64,000 nucleotides of DNA from an uncultured Actinomycetes bacterium (GTDB lineage Bacteria; Actinomycetota; Coriobacteriia; Anaerosomatales; PHET01). The stretch covers positions 2,356 to 66,355 of the forward strand of contig CAMTUW010000010.1 of assembly GCA_947085035.1 (NCBI GenBank). Direction: 5' to 3'. This document shows, piece after piece, positions 9,599 through 17,502 of the stretch (position 1 is its first letter; each line of letters starts with the position of its first letter). The notes beneath the pieces are model-generated. The model worked only from the letters and a program-made list of their open reading frames with translations. It did no database searches and was not told the origin of the DNA. The position numbers and the translations under genes are program-made.

Positions 9599-10309
9599 CT
9601 ACAGCCCGAGCGCCTTCTTGAGCGATGGAACACGCCTGCGCGAGACCGGGATCTGGGTTGATGCGGCGTCGGTGAGCGTGAGCAGGAGCGTGCCACCGTA
9701 CATAGGCACCACTTCTTTGACACAAGACAGGTTCACGAGGTACCGGCGATGAATCCGGAAGAACCCTGTCGCGTCCAGCTTGGCTTCGAGAGCCGCGAGA
9801 GACATGGTCGACAGATAGCGCTCGCTTGACGTGTGCAGGTAACTGTAATCGTCCTTCGCCATGATGTAGAGGATCTCCTCAACGGCGATGAGCAGCTTCT
9901 TGCCCGCTTTCTCGACGAGTACCCGATCGACCTTCGAGGGGGGCTGCTCGGCTACCGGCGTGAGTCGCGCCACGGTCTCTCGCAGGCGCTCCATCTCGAC
10001 AGGCTTGACCAGGTAGTCCGCCGCACGGACCTCGAAGGCCTTGATGGCATGCTCGGAATGCGCGGTGATGAACACGATCGCCGGGGGCCTGGGATGCGCG
10101 GCCAACGCTTCGGCGAGTTGCACGCCGGTCAACCCCGGCATCTGGATATCGAGCAGGATCACGTCGTAAGGGATGGCCTTGATGAGCTGCATCGCCTCCA
10201 TGGCGTTACCAGCCTCACCAACGACCTCGACGCCCCCGACCTCGCCGAGGAGGAAGCGCAACTCGGAGCGAGCCGGAGCTTCGTCATCGACTACCAGTGC
10301 CTTGAGCAT
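9599..10309 (-). CDS. LytR/AlgR-family response regulator (REC + LytTR)
   Basis: 236 aa. REC domain (MLKALVVDDE..DVILLDIQMPGLTG..) plus LytTR domain (FFRIHRRYLVNLSCVKEV). No cognate kinase lies adjacent. Confidence 0.88.
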   Translation of the reverse strand: MLKALVVDDEAPARSELRFLLGEVGGVEVVGEAGNAMEAMQLIKAIPYDVILLDIQMPGLTGVQLAEALAAHPRPPAIVFITAHSEHAIKAFEVRAADYLVKPVEMERLRETVARLTPVAEQPPSKVDRVLVEKAGKKLLIAVEEILYIMAKDDYSYLHTSSERYLSTMSLAALEAKLDATGFFRIHRRYLVNLSCVKEVVPMYGGTLLLTLTDAASTQIPVSRRRVPSLKKALGL

Positions 10310-10392
10310 TCACGCCTCCTTGGTAGAAGTGAGGCCTTTCGCCGTCAAGTGCCGCGCGGGAATCCGCAACGGCTCACCTCACAGTGTAGCCG

Positions 10393-11223
10393 CTATCGCG
10401 CACTGTGCGCATCCACCGTCAGAAGCACGTATCGCTCAACCATCTCGACGAAGCCCATCATGACGTAGAGCCCGCGCGAAGCCAGGTTCTCTTCCTGTGT
10501 GCACAACGACACGCCCAGCGCTCGCACCTCTCGACTCCACGAGACGCACTCGGCAAGCAGTGCTGTCGCGATCCCGCAGCGGCGAGTCTCAGGAAGCACC
10601 GCCAGTCGACTGATGGTCACACTGGCCCCGGACAGCGCACACGCGGCGTATCCGACGATACCACCATCCGGGTGTTCGTACACCGTCAGGCGCTCAGACG
10701 CGAACGACCTCGCGAACTCCTCGGGCCCCATGAGCCAGAACGCATCGAAGCACCGCCCGTCCACGTCGACGAGAGCGGGGAGGTCATCGGCGGTCGCGAG
10801 CCTCACCCCGCGTGACCGAAGAGACCGCGGCTCTGTAGCGGCGCCGACCGCACGCGTGAAGGCGACCAGTCTCACCTGGTCAACCATGCCAACCTCACGA
10901 TAGGGCCCCGCCAGCGATTCGGCGACGAGCGGCGACACGATGCCGCCTCGCCCCCACGATTCCGCGAGCAGGCGAACCTGGTCCAGAAGAGGTCCCATGC
11001 GCTCGATGGGGGCCCACAGACCTCGAATCGCGAGCAGGTCGAGGTGTGCACGCCAGCGACCCAACACGAGAACGTCTCCGGCGCGTGAGACCCGCACCCA
11101 TTCCGGATGCCCCTCGTGATACCGCATGAACTCGTCACGGTTGGCGATGATGTGGGCCGCCCGCACCGCAGGCCAGAGCTTCTTGGCTTCGGTGGTGCTC
11201 GCCGGGTGCGTCAGGCCTCTCAC
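10393..11223 (-). CDS. GNAT-family N-acetyltransferase (apparently two GNAT-like halves)
   Basis: ORF 10393..11256. I prefer the GTG at 11223, which forms a GTGA overlap with the TauE stop (11220-11222). The longest-ORF start is 11256. The C-terminal half carries a GNAT core (ISRLAVLPETRRCGIATALL..GLYVMMGF). Confidence 0.65.
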   Translation of the reverse strand: MRGLTHPASTTEAKKLWPAVRAAHIIANRDEFMRYHEGHPEWVRVSRAGDVLVLGRWRAHLDLLAIRGLWAPIERMGPLLDQVRLLAESWGRGGIVSPLVAESLAGPYREVGMVDQVRLVAFTRAVGAATEPRSLRSRGVRLATADDLPALVDVDGRCFDAFWLMGPEEFARSFASERLTVYEHPDGGIVGYAACALSGASVTISRLAVLPETRRCGIATALLAECVSWSREVRALGVSLCTQEENLASRGLYVMMGFVEMVERYVLLTVDAHSAR

Positions 11224-12011
11224 ATCATGCTCGCGATCTCGCTCGCGAACAGCCACACGGCCGCGCCCGCGAGTATGAGCGCGAACCCGACACGCACGGT
11301 CACCTCACGTGCCGATGCGGTGAATCGAGCGCCGAGAACGGCCCCCGGAACCACTCCGAGGGCCATGAGGGCCCCGATGTTCCAATCGACATGACCGAGC
11401 GCGGCGTGCGTGATCGCTCCCGGCACCGCCAGCACCGCCACCGCAACGAGAGACGTGCCCATGGCGTTCTTGATGGGGTAGCGCATCCAGCGCACAAGCA
11501 GCGGCACCAGCACGAACCCCCCACCCAGTCCGAAGAAGCCGGCGTACCCACCGGCGAGCAGTCCAATCACGGCGAGCCGCCAAGAGCCGATGCGCCCATG
11601 CCCGCGTGACGCATCGGTGGGACGCGCGGGCGGTGGCCTGAACGCCTGAAACGTCATGTCCGTGGCCACTGCCGCCATCAACACCGCTGTGCCGACAAGC
11701 ACGACCGAGCCGCCCACGAGTTCGGTGGCCAGCGCGCCCAGGACGGCGGCGACCGTACCTGTGATGCCCAGCCAGAACCCGGCACTGAGCTCGACGAGTC
11801 CTCGCCGCTGATACGAGAGCGCTCCCGCGATCGCGCCGGGGATGATGACCAGCAGCGGCGTTCCCACGGCGACCAGCGCAGGGGCACCGAGAACCAATCG
11901 GATCGCCGGCGTGGTCAGCATGCCGCCACCGATTCCGAAAGCGCCCGACAAGACTCCGGATAGAAAGCCTATCGCCCCGGCGAGAAGCCCCTCAGGCATC
12001 CAGAGCGCCAT
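11220..12011 (-). CDS. TauE/SafE (DUF81) family anion exporter permease
   Basis: 263 aa with about 8 TM helices and the repeated motif GxGGG (FGIGGGMLTTP; FFGLGGGFVLVP) typical of TauE/SafE. Confidence 0.8.
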   Translation of the reverse strand: MALWMPEGLLAGAIGFLSGVLSGAFGIGGGMLTTPAIRLVLGAPALVAVGTPLLVIIPGAIAGALSYQRRGLVELSAGFWLGITGTVAAVLGALATELVGGSVVLVGTAVLMAAVATDMTFQAFRPPPARPTDASRGHGRIGSWRLAVIGLLAGGYAGFFGLGGGFVLVPLLVRWMRYPIKNAMGTSLVAVAVLAVPGAITHAALGHVDWNIGALMALGVVPGAVLGARFTASAREVTVRVGFALILAGAAVWLFASEIASMM

Positions 12012-12017
12012 GGTGAC

Positions 12018-13277
12018 CTACTGCGAGGGCGGCACCACCGGGAAGCGCCCGGTGATCGCCGTGCGATCGATTCGCCGCTCGCCGGTGAACAGACTCGCGA
12101 GCGCGACATCCTCGCAGATACGCTCCATCAGCATCGGCCACCTGCGCTGGAACTCGAAGTAGTTCTGGCAGTTCTCGCGAGCATAGACGCCCGCTTCGCG
12201 CACCGAATACAGCGCCGCCTGGAAGTAGCGGCTCTTCTCCGGGCGCGAGATGGCGCGAAGCATCCCGGTGATGAACGCCCGCCAGCCAACGGAGGAGTCG
12301 ATGAACTCGCCCGGAAACGGCATCATCGACTGCGGCGTCACCTGGCGCAAGTCGACCTGGGACTTGGCGAACTCGATCTTGCGATGCTCATAGACGAATC
12401 GGTAGACGTCCTGGCGGAAACGCAGCGCCTCGCTGACGGGCTCCGGCGGCCGGTGGACCGCCTTCCAGCCGTCATCGATGAAGACATCCCCGCCGTGCAT
12501 GCGCACGTTGATGACGTAGTCCATGTCCTCGCCGCGCGTGACCCACGGGTCGAAGCTGACCGCCGAGAACATGTCGCGGTGCAACGCCATGATGCCACCG
12601 AACGCGATCTTCGCACGCTGGATGCGCGGCGGCTTCATCACCGCGTCGATCGCCTTGTTGAACGCGTCTCGCTGCCGCCAGAACATGTCGGACCAGTGAG
12701 CCGCGTCGTGCCTCTTCCAGTTGCCGGAGTGGTCCACGTAAAATCCGGTCTTGGCGAGAAGGGGGGTGCCGTCTTGCAGGCGCTCACCAAGCCCGTAGAG
12801 CGCGTTTTCGAGGAACTCGGGGCCCAAGACCACCTCGTCGTCATCGAAGAAGACGACCACGTCGTGGCCCAGCACAGCGGCGGCGATCAGTCCGACGTTT
12901 CGGACCGCGCCGTACCCTATGAGCGTCACGCCATCGATGAGGTCGGCGAACTCGAGTTGCTCGAGTCGGCGGTGGAGCGAGCCCATCTCGGCAGGACCGA
13001 ACACGAGCGCGTCGATTTCGGGGAACTCGTCGACGATCTCGCGAACCCGGTCCTCAGCCTGGTGGGCGATCGACGGATCGGTCACCGCCACGATGACGAC
13101 GACGCGACCGAGGCCGCGCACCTCGCGAAGTGACGCGAGGCAGTCGACCAGCGGTGGGTCGATCTCGTCGAGCGGAGTCGGATGATCGTAGGTGGCCGCG
13201 ATCTCATCGAGGGTTATGCGGTTGCGACCACCGCTGCGACGGGTCCAGAACGTGGGTATGACTACGACGGGATCCAC
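12018..13277 (-). CDS. GT-A-fold glycosyltransferase-like protein with helical C-terminal domain (function unknown)
   Basis: 419 aa, GTG start at 13277. Motifs are VVVIPTF.., RNVGLIAAAVLGHDVVVFFDDDEVV (a DxD-type motif) and a later GEDMDY. I cannot assign a family by eye. Confidence 0.45.
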   Translation of the reverse strand: MDPVVVIPTFWTRRSGGRNRITLDEIAATYDHPTPLDEIDPPLVDCLASLREVRGLGRVVVIVAVTDPSIAHQAEDRVREIVDEFPEIDALVFGPAEMGSLHRRLEQLEFADLIDGVTLIGYGAVRNVGLIAAAVLGHDVVVFFDDDEVVLGPEFLENALYGLGERLQDGTPLLAKTGFYVDHSGNWKRHDAAHWSDMFWRQRDAFNKAIDAVMKPPRIQRAKIAFGGIMALHRDMFSAVSFDPWVTRGEDMDYVINVRMHGGDVFIDDGWKAVHRPPEPVSEALRFRQDVYRFVYEHRKIEFAKSQVDLRQVTPQSMMPFPGEFIDSSVGWRAFITGMLRAISRPEKSRYFQAALYSVREAGVYARENCQNYFEFQRRWPMLMERICEDVALASLFTGERRIDRTAITGRFPVVPPSQ

Positions 13278-13327
13278 TATTGGCGAGACTCCTGTGACGG
13301 TTTCATGGCGAGGCGCCTGCGCGCCCG

Positions 13328-14002
13328 CTACATGATACCGCTACCGGCTTCGGATGTATCTGCCGCCAACAGGTCGCCCTCAGTGACGAGGCAGCGCTCC
13401 AAGGCCTCCGAGAGCACCTGATACGGTCGGGTGCCGATGAACAGCTCGTTACAGATGAGGGCTGCGGGCGTCCCGCTGATCCCCATTCCCGTTGCGAGGT
13501 GGAGGAACTGATGGAGGCGTTCGTCGAAGCGTCCCTCGGCAACTGCGGTCATGGCCTCTGCCGCGTCCAGTCCGGCTGCGGAGGCGATCCGCTCGAGCGC
13601 ACTCTCATCACCGATGTTCTCCGAGAATCCGTTGTATGCGGCAAAGATCGCCTCGTGAACCGCCTCGTGGACCTCGGGCCCGAGGTCGCGAGCGTACTCG
13701 CCCAGCGAGAGCGCGCGGTGCGTGTTCGGCACGAAGTCGGGAAACGTCAGCGTCAGTCCGCCCTCGCGCGCCATACGCGACATGTGCTCCCGGACCCGCT
13801 CGGAATGTCCCTCGCCAAGCGTCTCGATTCCTGCTCCCTCGACCGGGAAGTCAGGCCTGAGCTCGAACGGCACCACAAAGAGTTCGACGTCGTGCTCGGT
13901 ACGCAGGCGCTTGAGCCGGGGCCAATCGAGATAGCAGAACTGACAGGCGTAGTCGAAGAAGACGAGGATCCGTGGTCGCTCGACGCCCGCGCTCTCGGTC
14001 AT
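13328..14002 (-). CDS. cytoplasmic DsbA/FrnE-like thiol:disulfide oxidoreductase
   Basis: ORF 13328..14062 trimmed to the ATG at 14002, which forms an ATGA overlap with the upstream radical SAM stop. CxxC sits in ILVFFDYACQFCYL. There is no signal peptide. DsbA-like tail: GISGTPAALI. Confidence 0.75.
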   Translation of the reverse strand: MTESAGVERPRILVFFDYACQFCYLDWPRLKRLRTEHDVELFVVPFELRPDFPVEGAGIETLGEGHSERVREHMSRMAREGGLTLTFPDFVPNTHRALSLGEYARDLGPEVHEAVHEAIFAAYNGFSENIGDESALERIASAAGLDAAEAMTAVAEGRFDERLHQFLHLATGMGISGTPAALICNELFIGTRPYQVLSEALERCLVTEGDLLAADTSEAGSGIM

Positions 14003-15081
14003 CTGCGGTCCTTCCTGGTTTGCGCGACTGTGATGCCCAGATGACGACCGCACTGGGAGCACTCACCTGAATCGCCGAGCCCCACTGCGCGTGCCGAGAA
14101 ACCCCGTCGCTCGACCGCCAGTGCGTCACATGCGGGGCACCTGGTGTCCTCGCCGCCCACCACATCCACGTTTCCCAGATAGACGAAGCGCAACCCCTCC
14201 TCGATACCGATCGACCGCGCGCGCACGAGTGTCTCGAGCGGTGTCGGCGACAGGTGGGAGAACTCGAGACAGGGCGTGAACCTCGTCACGTGCCAAGGGG
14301 TCTCGGGGGAAAGCGATCGGGCGATCCACGAGGCGACGGCCCGGAGCTCCTCGTCGGAATCGTTCACGGTCGGAACAATGTTGGTCACGCACTCGACGTG
14401 CAGGCCGTGGGTGCGCAACGCGAGTTCTGCAGCGACGCGAACGGCCTCGGGATCGGACACGTGACACAGACGCTGGTAGGTCTCGTCGAAGAATCCTTTG
14501 ATGTCCGTGCGCCACACGTCGATCGCTTCCGCGAAGAGTTCGAGTCCGGCCGGGGTCACGTACCCGTTGGTCACCATGACGGTGTAGAGCCCTGCGGCCT
14601 TCGCCAGCCGAGCGCAGTCGAGCACGTACTCGAGCCAGATCACCGGTTCGTTGTACGTCCACGCAACGCCCTCGCACCCCTGATGAAGGGCCAGCGAGAC
14701 GACCTCGGATGGCTCCACGCGACGTAGAGCCGCGATCTGGGCTGCATCAGGATGAGAGATGCGCCAGTTCTGGCAGTGGCCGCACCTCATGGAGCAGCCG
14801 ACTCCGCCGACCGACAGAGCGCGTGAGCCCGGGCGGAAGTGGAAGACGGGCTTCTTCTCGATCGGGTCGGCCGCAATCGAGCTCACCAAGCCATAGGTGA
14901 GCGCTCTGAGGCTACCGCCGATGACGCCCCGCGCACCGCAGATTCCGCGGCCGCCTTCGGCTATCAAGCACGCGTTCGGACACAGACCGCAGCGAACACG
15001 CTCGTCTTCAAGCTTCCACAGCAGCGCGTCATGCACTGTACCCACCCTATCCCGAAGCCAGTTCCACGCGGTCACGCCCAT
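13999..15081 (-). CDS. radical SAM enzyme, AmmeMemoRadiSam / PFL-activase-like type
   Basis: ORF 13999..15306 trimmed to the ATG at 15081. Motifs: VRCGLCPNACLIAEGGRGICGARG, DPIEKKPVFHFRPGS, radical SAM CSMRCGHCQNW, and a C-terminal Cys pair (CPACD..CSQCG). The start overlaps the upstream GGDEF gene by 35 nt. Confidence 0.8.
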   Translation of the reverse strand: MGVTAWNWLRDRVGTVHDALLWKLEDERVRCGLCPNACLIAEGGRGICGARGVIGGSLRALTYGLVSSIAADPIEKKPVFHFRPGSRALSVGGVGCSMRCGHCQNWRISHPDAAQIAALRRVEPSEVVSLALHQGCEGVAWTYNEPVIWLEYVLDCARLAKAAGLYTVMVTNGYVTPAGLELFAEAIDVWRTDIKGFFDETYQRLCHVSDPEAVRVAAELALRTHGLHVECVTNIVPTVNDSDEELRAVASWIARSLSPETPWHVTRFTPCLEFSHLSPTPLETLVRARSIGIEEGLRFVYLGNVDVVGGEDTRCPACDALAVERRGFSARAVGLGDSGECSQCGRHLGITVAQTRKDRR

Positions 15082-16867
15082 GTCGCTTCGCACGGTACAG
15101 AGCCGCATCCGCGGCTTCGAGCAGCTTCTCGGCGGTGTGGTTCTCCTGCCCGTAGGCCGCCACACCAACCGAGGCCGCTGTGCGCAGACGTCGCCCGTCG
15201 CCCGAATCGACCCGCAACCCCCGAAGCGCCGCACGAATCTTCTCAGCGACCGCCCATGCGTCGGTCTTGGTCGTGCTGGGCAAGATGAGAGCGAACTCAT
15301 CTCCACCGTAGCGCACGGCGTGGTCCATCACCCGGATCTCCGAGTTCAGCAGGACCCCGACGCTGCGCAGCAACGCATCTCCGGCTGCATGACCGTAAGA
15401 ATCATTGACGTCTTTGAAGGAATCCAAGTCAAGCATTATGAGCGAGAACGGGGTCCCGTGACGCTCGGCGCGCGCAACCTCTTCGGCGAGTCTCGCATTG
15501 AACGCTCGGCGATTGAGCAGGCCCGTGAGCTCGTCGGTCACGGCTTCCATCGCGAAGCGCTCGCGCTCGCGAGTGAGACGTTTCCTCGCCAAGGGGAAAC
15601 ACAGGTCCCATGACGAGTTGCCCAGCCAGATCGCGGCCGCGTGCTCCACGCACGTATCGTAGCCGCAAGCGCCGCAGTCGATGACGGCGCTTCGGCTCGC
15701 GAACTCCCCCGCAACCAACACGCGATCGACCTCATCGTCATCGGGCACGATGACTGGCGCCGGACATGGCTCGAACCTGCGAATCATGTCGATGGGTGGG
15801 AGCGCCGAAAGGAAAGTGCGTGAGTCGACTTCAGGCGCCGGCAACCGCTCGCGATGGACCGCGTCGACATTGCGCTTCGCAAAGACCGACATCTTCTGGT
15901 TCACAGTGGGGCCGTCAACGCAGCCCTCGCAGCACAGCATGTCGACCACCGACGGGGCGGTCTCGCCGCGCACGATCGCGGTGAGTAGCCGATCGATATC
16001 GGCGAGCCCTCTGACCGAGACCATGTCGCGGTCGGTGCGGTCGCTCGCACGAAGAGTACGTCGCGGGAAGCCGTCAATCGCCGAGAGCTGCTTGGCGGCC
16101 TCGATGCGATGGGTCCGGCCGACCGCCATGGGCACCGCGAGCCCCTGCTCGATCAGCAAACGTAGTTCATCGAAGCCGATCGCGACGTCCACCGCGCCGG
16201 CCACCGAGGGGTGATGGATCTCGTCCTTGCGCGCCCAGCAGGGCGAGACATAGACGATAAGGACCTCATCCACGCGAAGTGCCCGCAGGAGTCGCGCTTG
16301 GACGACGTAGGGCGACATGAGGGGCACGAGCGCGGTGGTCAGTTCGGGGTAGAAGCGCCGGACCCAATCGACGGCCACGGGACACGTTGAACGCAGTCGA
16401 GGCAACGTCGCATCGACTCGAACATGTACCTGCTCGTAGGCCGCGGCGATGAGTTCCTCGCCCAAGACGGTCGATTCGACGTCGGCGAAACCGAGCGCGA
16501 AAAGAGCCTCGTCGACCTCTGTGCGAGACATCGGATGCATCGCGGCGATGTGCTCGCTGGCGAGAAGGGCGATGACCGGCACCGCGGATGCAAGCGCCGC
16601 ACGGACGCGCCCCAGATCATCTCGCACGACATTCGAGGTGGTCTTGCATCCGGTGACGCAGGCGCCACACTTCACGCACCGTTCGTGGATGACCTCGGTT
16701 CTGTCATCGACGACGCGCAGCGCGCGGGCGGGACACTGCCTGACACATCCCCAGCACGTCACACATTCATCGCGCGTATGGCTGATGAGCGCCTCGCCCG
16801 AAAACGGGATGACCACCCTGCGGATCGGTGGATCCGATACGCTCACGAACCTCTCCCCCCGGCTCAC
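15047..16867 (-). CDS. [FeFe]-hydrogenase-like Fe-S sensor domain fused to GGDEF diguanylate cyclase
   Basis: 606 aa. Two ferredoxin motifs (CVTCWGCVRQCP, CVKCGACVTGCK). H-domain-like motifs: LPRLRSTCPVAVDWVRRFYPEL (compare TSCCPxW), VYVSPCWARKDE (compare MPCxxKxxE) and DMLCCEGCVDGP (compare MACxGGCxxG). An RnfB-type FeS motif (CGACGYDTCVEHAAAI). GGDEF domain with an I-site (RVMDHAVRYGGDEF). The GTG start makes a GTGA overlap with the queT stop. Confidence 0.8.
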   Translation of the reverse strand: MSRGERFVSVSDPPIRRVVIPFSGEALISHTRDECVTCWGCVRQCPARALRVVDDRTEVIHERCVKCGACVTGCKTTSNVVRDDLGRVRAALASAVPVIALLASEHIAAMHPMSRTEVDEALFALGFADVESTVLGEELIAAAYEQVHVRVDATLPRLRSTCPVAVDWVRRFYPELTTALVPLMSPYVVQARLLRALRVDEVLIVYVSPCWARKDEIHHPSVAGAVDVAIGFDELRLLIEQGLAVPMAVGRTHRIEAAKQLSAIDGFPRRTLRASDRTDRDMVSVRGLADIDRLLTAIVRGETAPSVVDMLCCEGCVDGPTVNQKMSVFAKRNVDAVHRERLPAPEVDSRTFLSALPPIDMIRRFEPCPAPVIVPDDDEVDRVLVAGEFASRSAVIDCGACGYDTCVEHAAAIWLGNSSWDLCFPLARKRLTRERERFAMEAVTDELTGLLNRRAFNARLAEEVARAERHGTPFSLIMLDLDSFKDVNDSYGHAAGDALLRSVGVLLNSEIRVMDHAVRYGGDEFALILPSTTKTDAWAVAEKIRAALRGLRVDSGDGRRLRTAASVGVAAYGQENHTAEKLLEAADAALYRAKRHGRDRVELASG

Positions 16868-17427
16868 TCGTCACGCGAGATAATCTTCCCTAATCCTAGC
16901 CGTTCCAACGCGATCAGGAGAGGCATCCCCAGTCCGTAGAGGACCGTCGCCTGCCCGAGGCCGACGAAGACCACACCCACAAGGTACATCATCGCCCACT
17001 GGCCCTCAAAATCGATACCGAGAATGGGGATGCGGTACAGGCCCAACCCTTTGACCAGAAGCGGCAGGTACGCGGGCACGATCAGCGCGTTCGCAAGCAC
17101 CGGCCCCAGCAGCGCGAGCCACTTCGAGCTGCGAAAACGCCACGTCCACAGAGCACCGAGGGCGGTAGCGAGCGAGCCGAACACGACGTCGAGCAAGGCG
17201 AGAGGTCCAAGTGTCGCGAGATTGAACGCGTTGGCGATGGCAGACCCCAGCGCAAGCCCTGGAATCGCCGCGGGCGTGAACATGGCAAGTACGGTGACAG
17301 CCTCGCTCACGCGGAACTGGATGGGGCCCCATGCGAGAGCCGACATCGTCTGCAGCGCGAGCAGCGTGACGCCCGCGTACACGCCGGCGATCAGGGCGGC
17401 CCGAGCGATGAGGCGCGTTCGGTTCAC
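16864..17427 (-). CDS. queT: queuosine-precursor transporter QueT family (ECF S-component-like)
   Basis: 187 aa, GTG start. Pattern: ALIAGVYAGVTLL..GPIQFRVSEAVTVL...LLDVVFGSLATALGAL, typical of QueT (COG4708). Confidence 0.72.
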   Translation of the reverse strand: MNRTRLIARAALIAGVYAGVTLLALQTMSALAWGPIQFRVSEAVTVLAMFTPAAIPGLALGSAIANAFNLATLGPLALLDVVFGSLATALGALWTWRFRSSKWLALLGPVLANALIVPAYLPLLVKGLGLYRIPILGIDFEGQWAMMYLVGVVFVGLGQATVLYGLGMPLLIALERLGLGKIISRDE

Positions 17428-17502
17428 GGGTCAGGTCCTTTCCAGCGGAGTTGGCGCAGTGCGCCGAGGCAGCGGGATTCTAGCAACTGCCCGCCAGCCG
17501 CG
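17428..17502 (-). promoter_or_regulatory. structured queT leader (possible preQ1-type translational element; weak)
   Basis: Minus-strand RNA: GCGGG-CAGUUGCUAGAAU-CCCGC hairpin, then a GGCGC-ACU-GCGCC hairpin, then CAACU, which can pair with loop AGUUG, then AAGGA and GUG. It lacks the A-rich tail and CUA of canonical preQ1-I. Confidence 0.2.
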
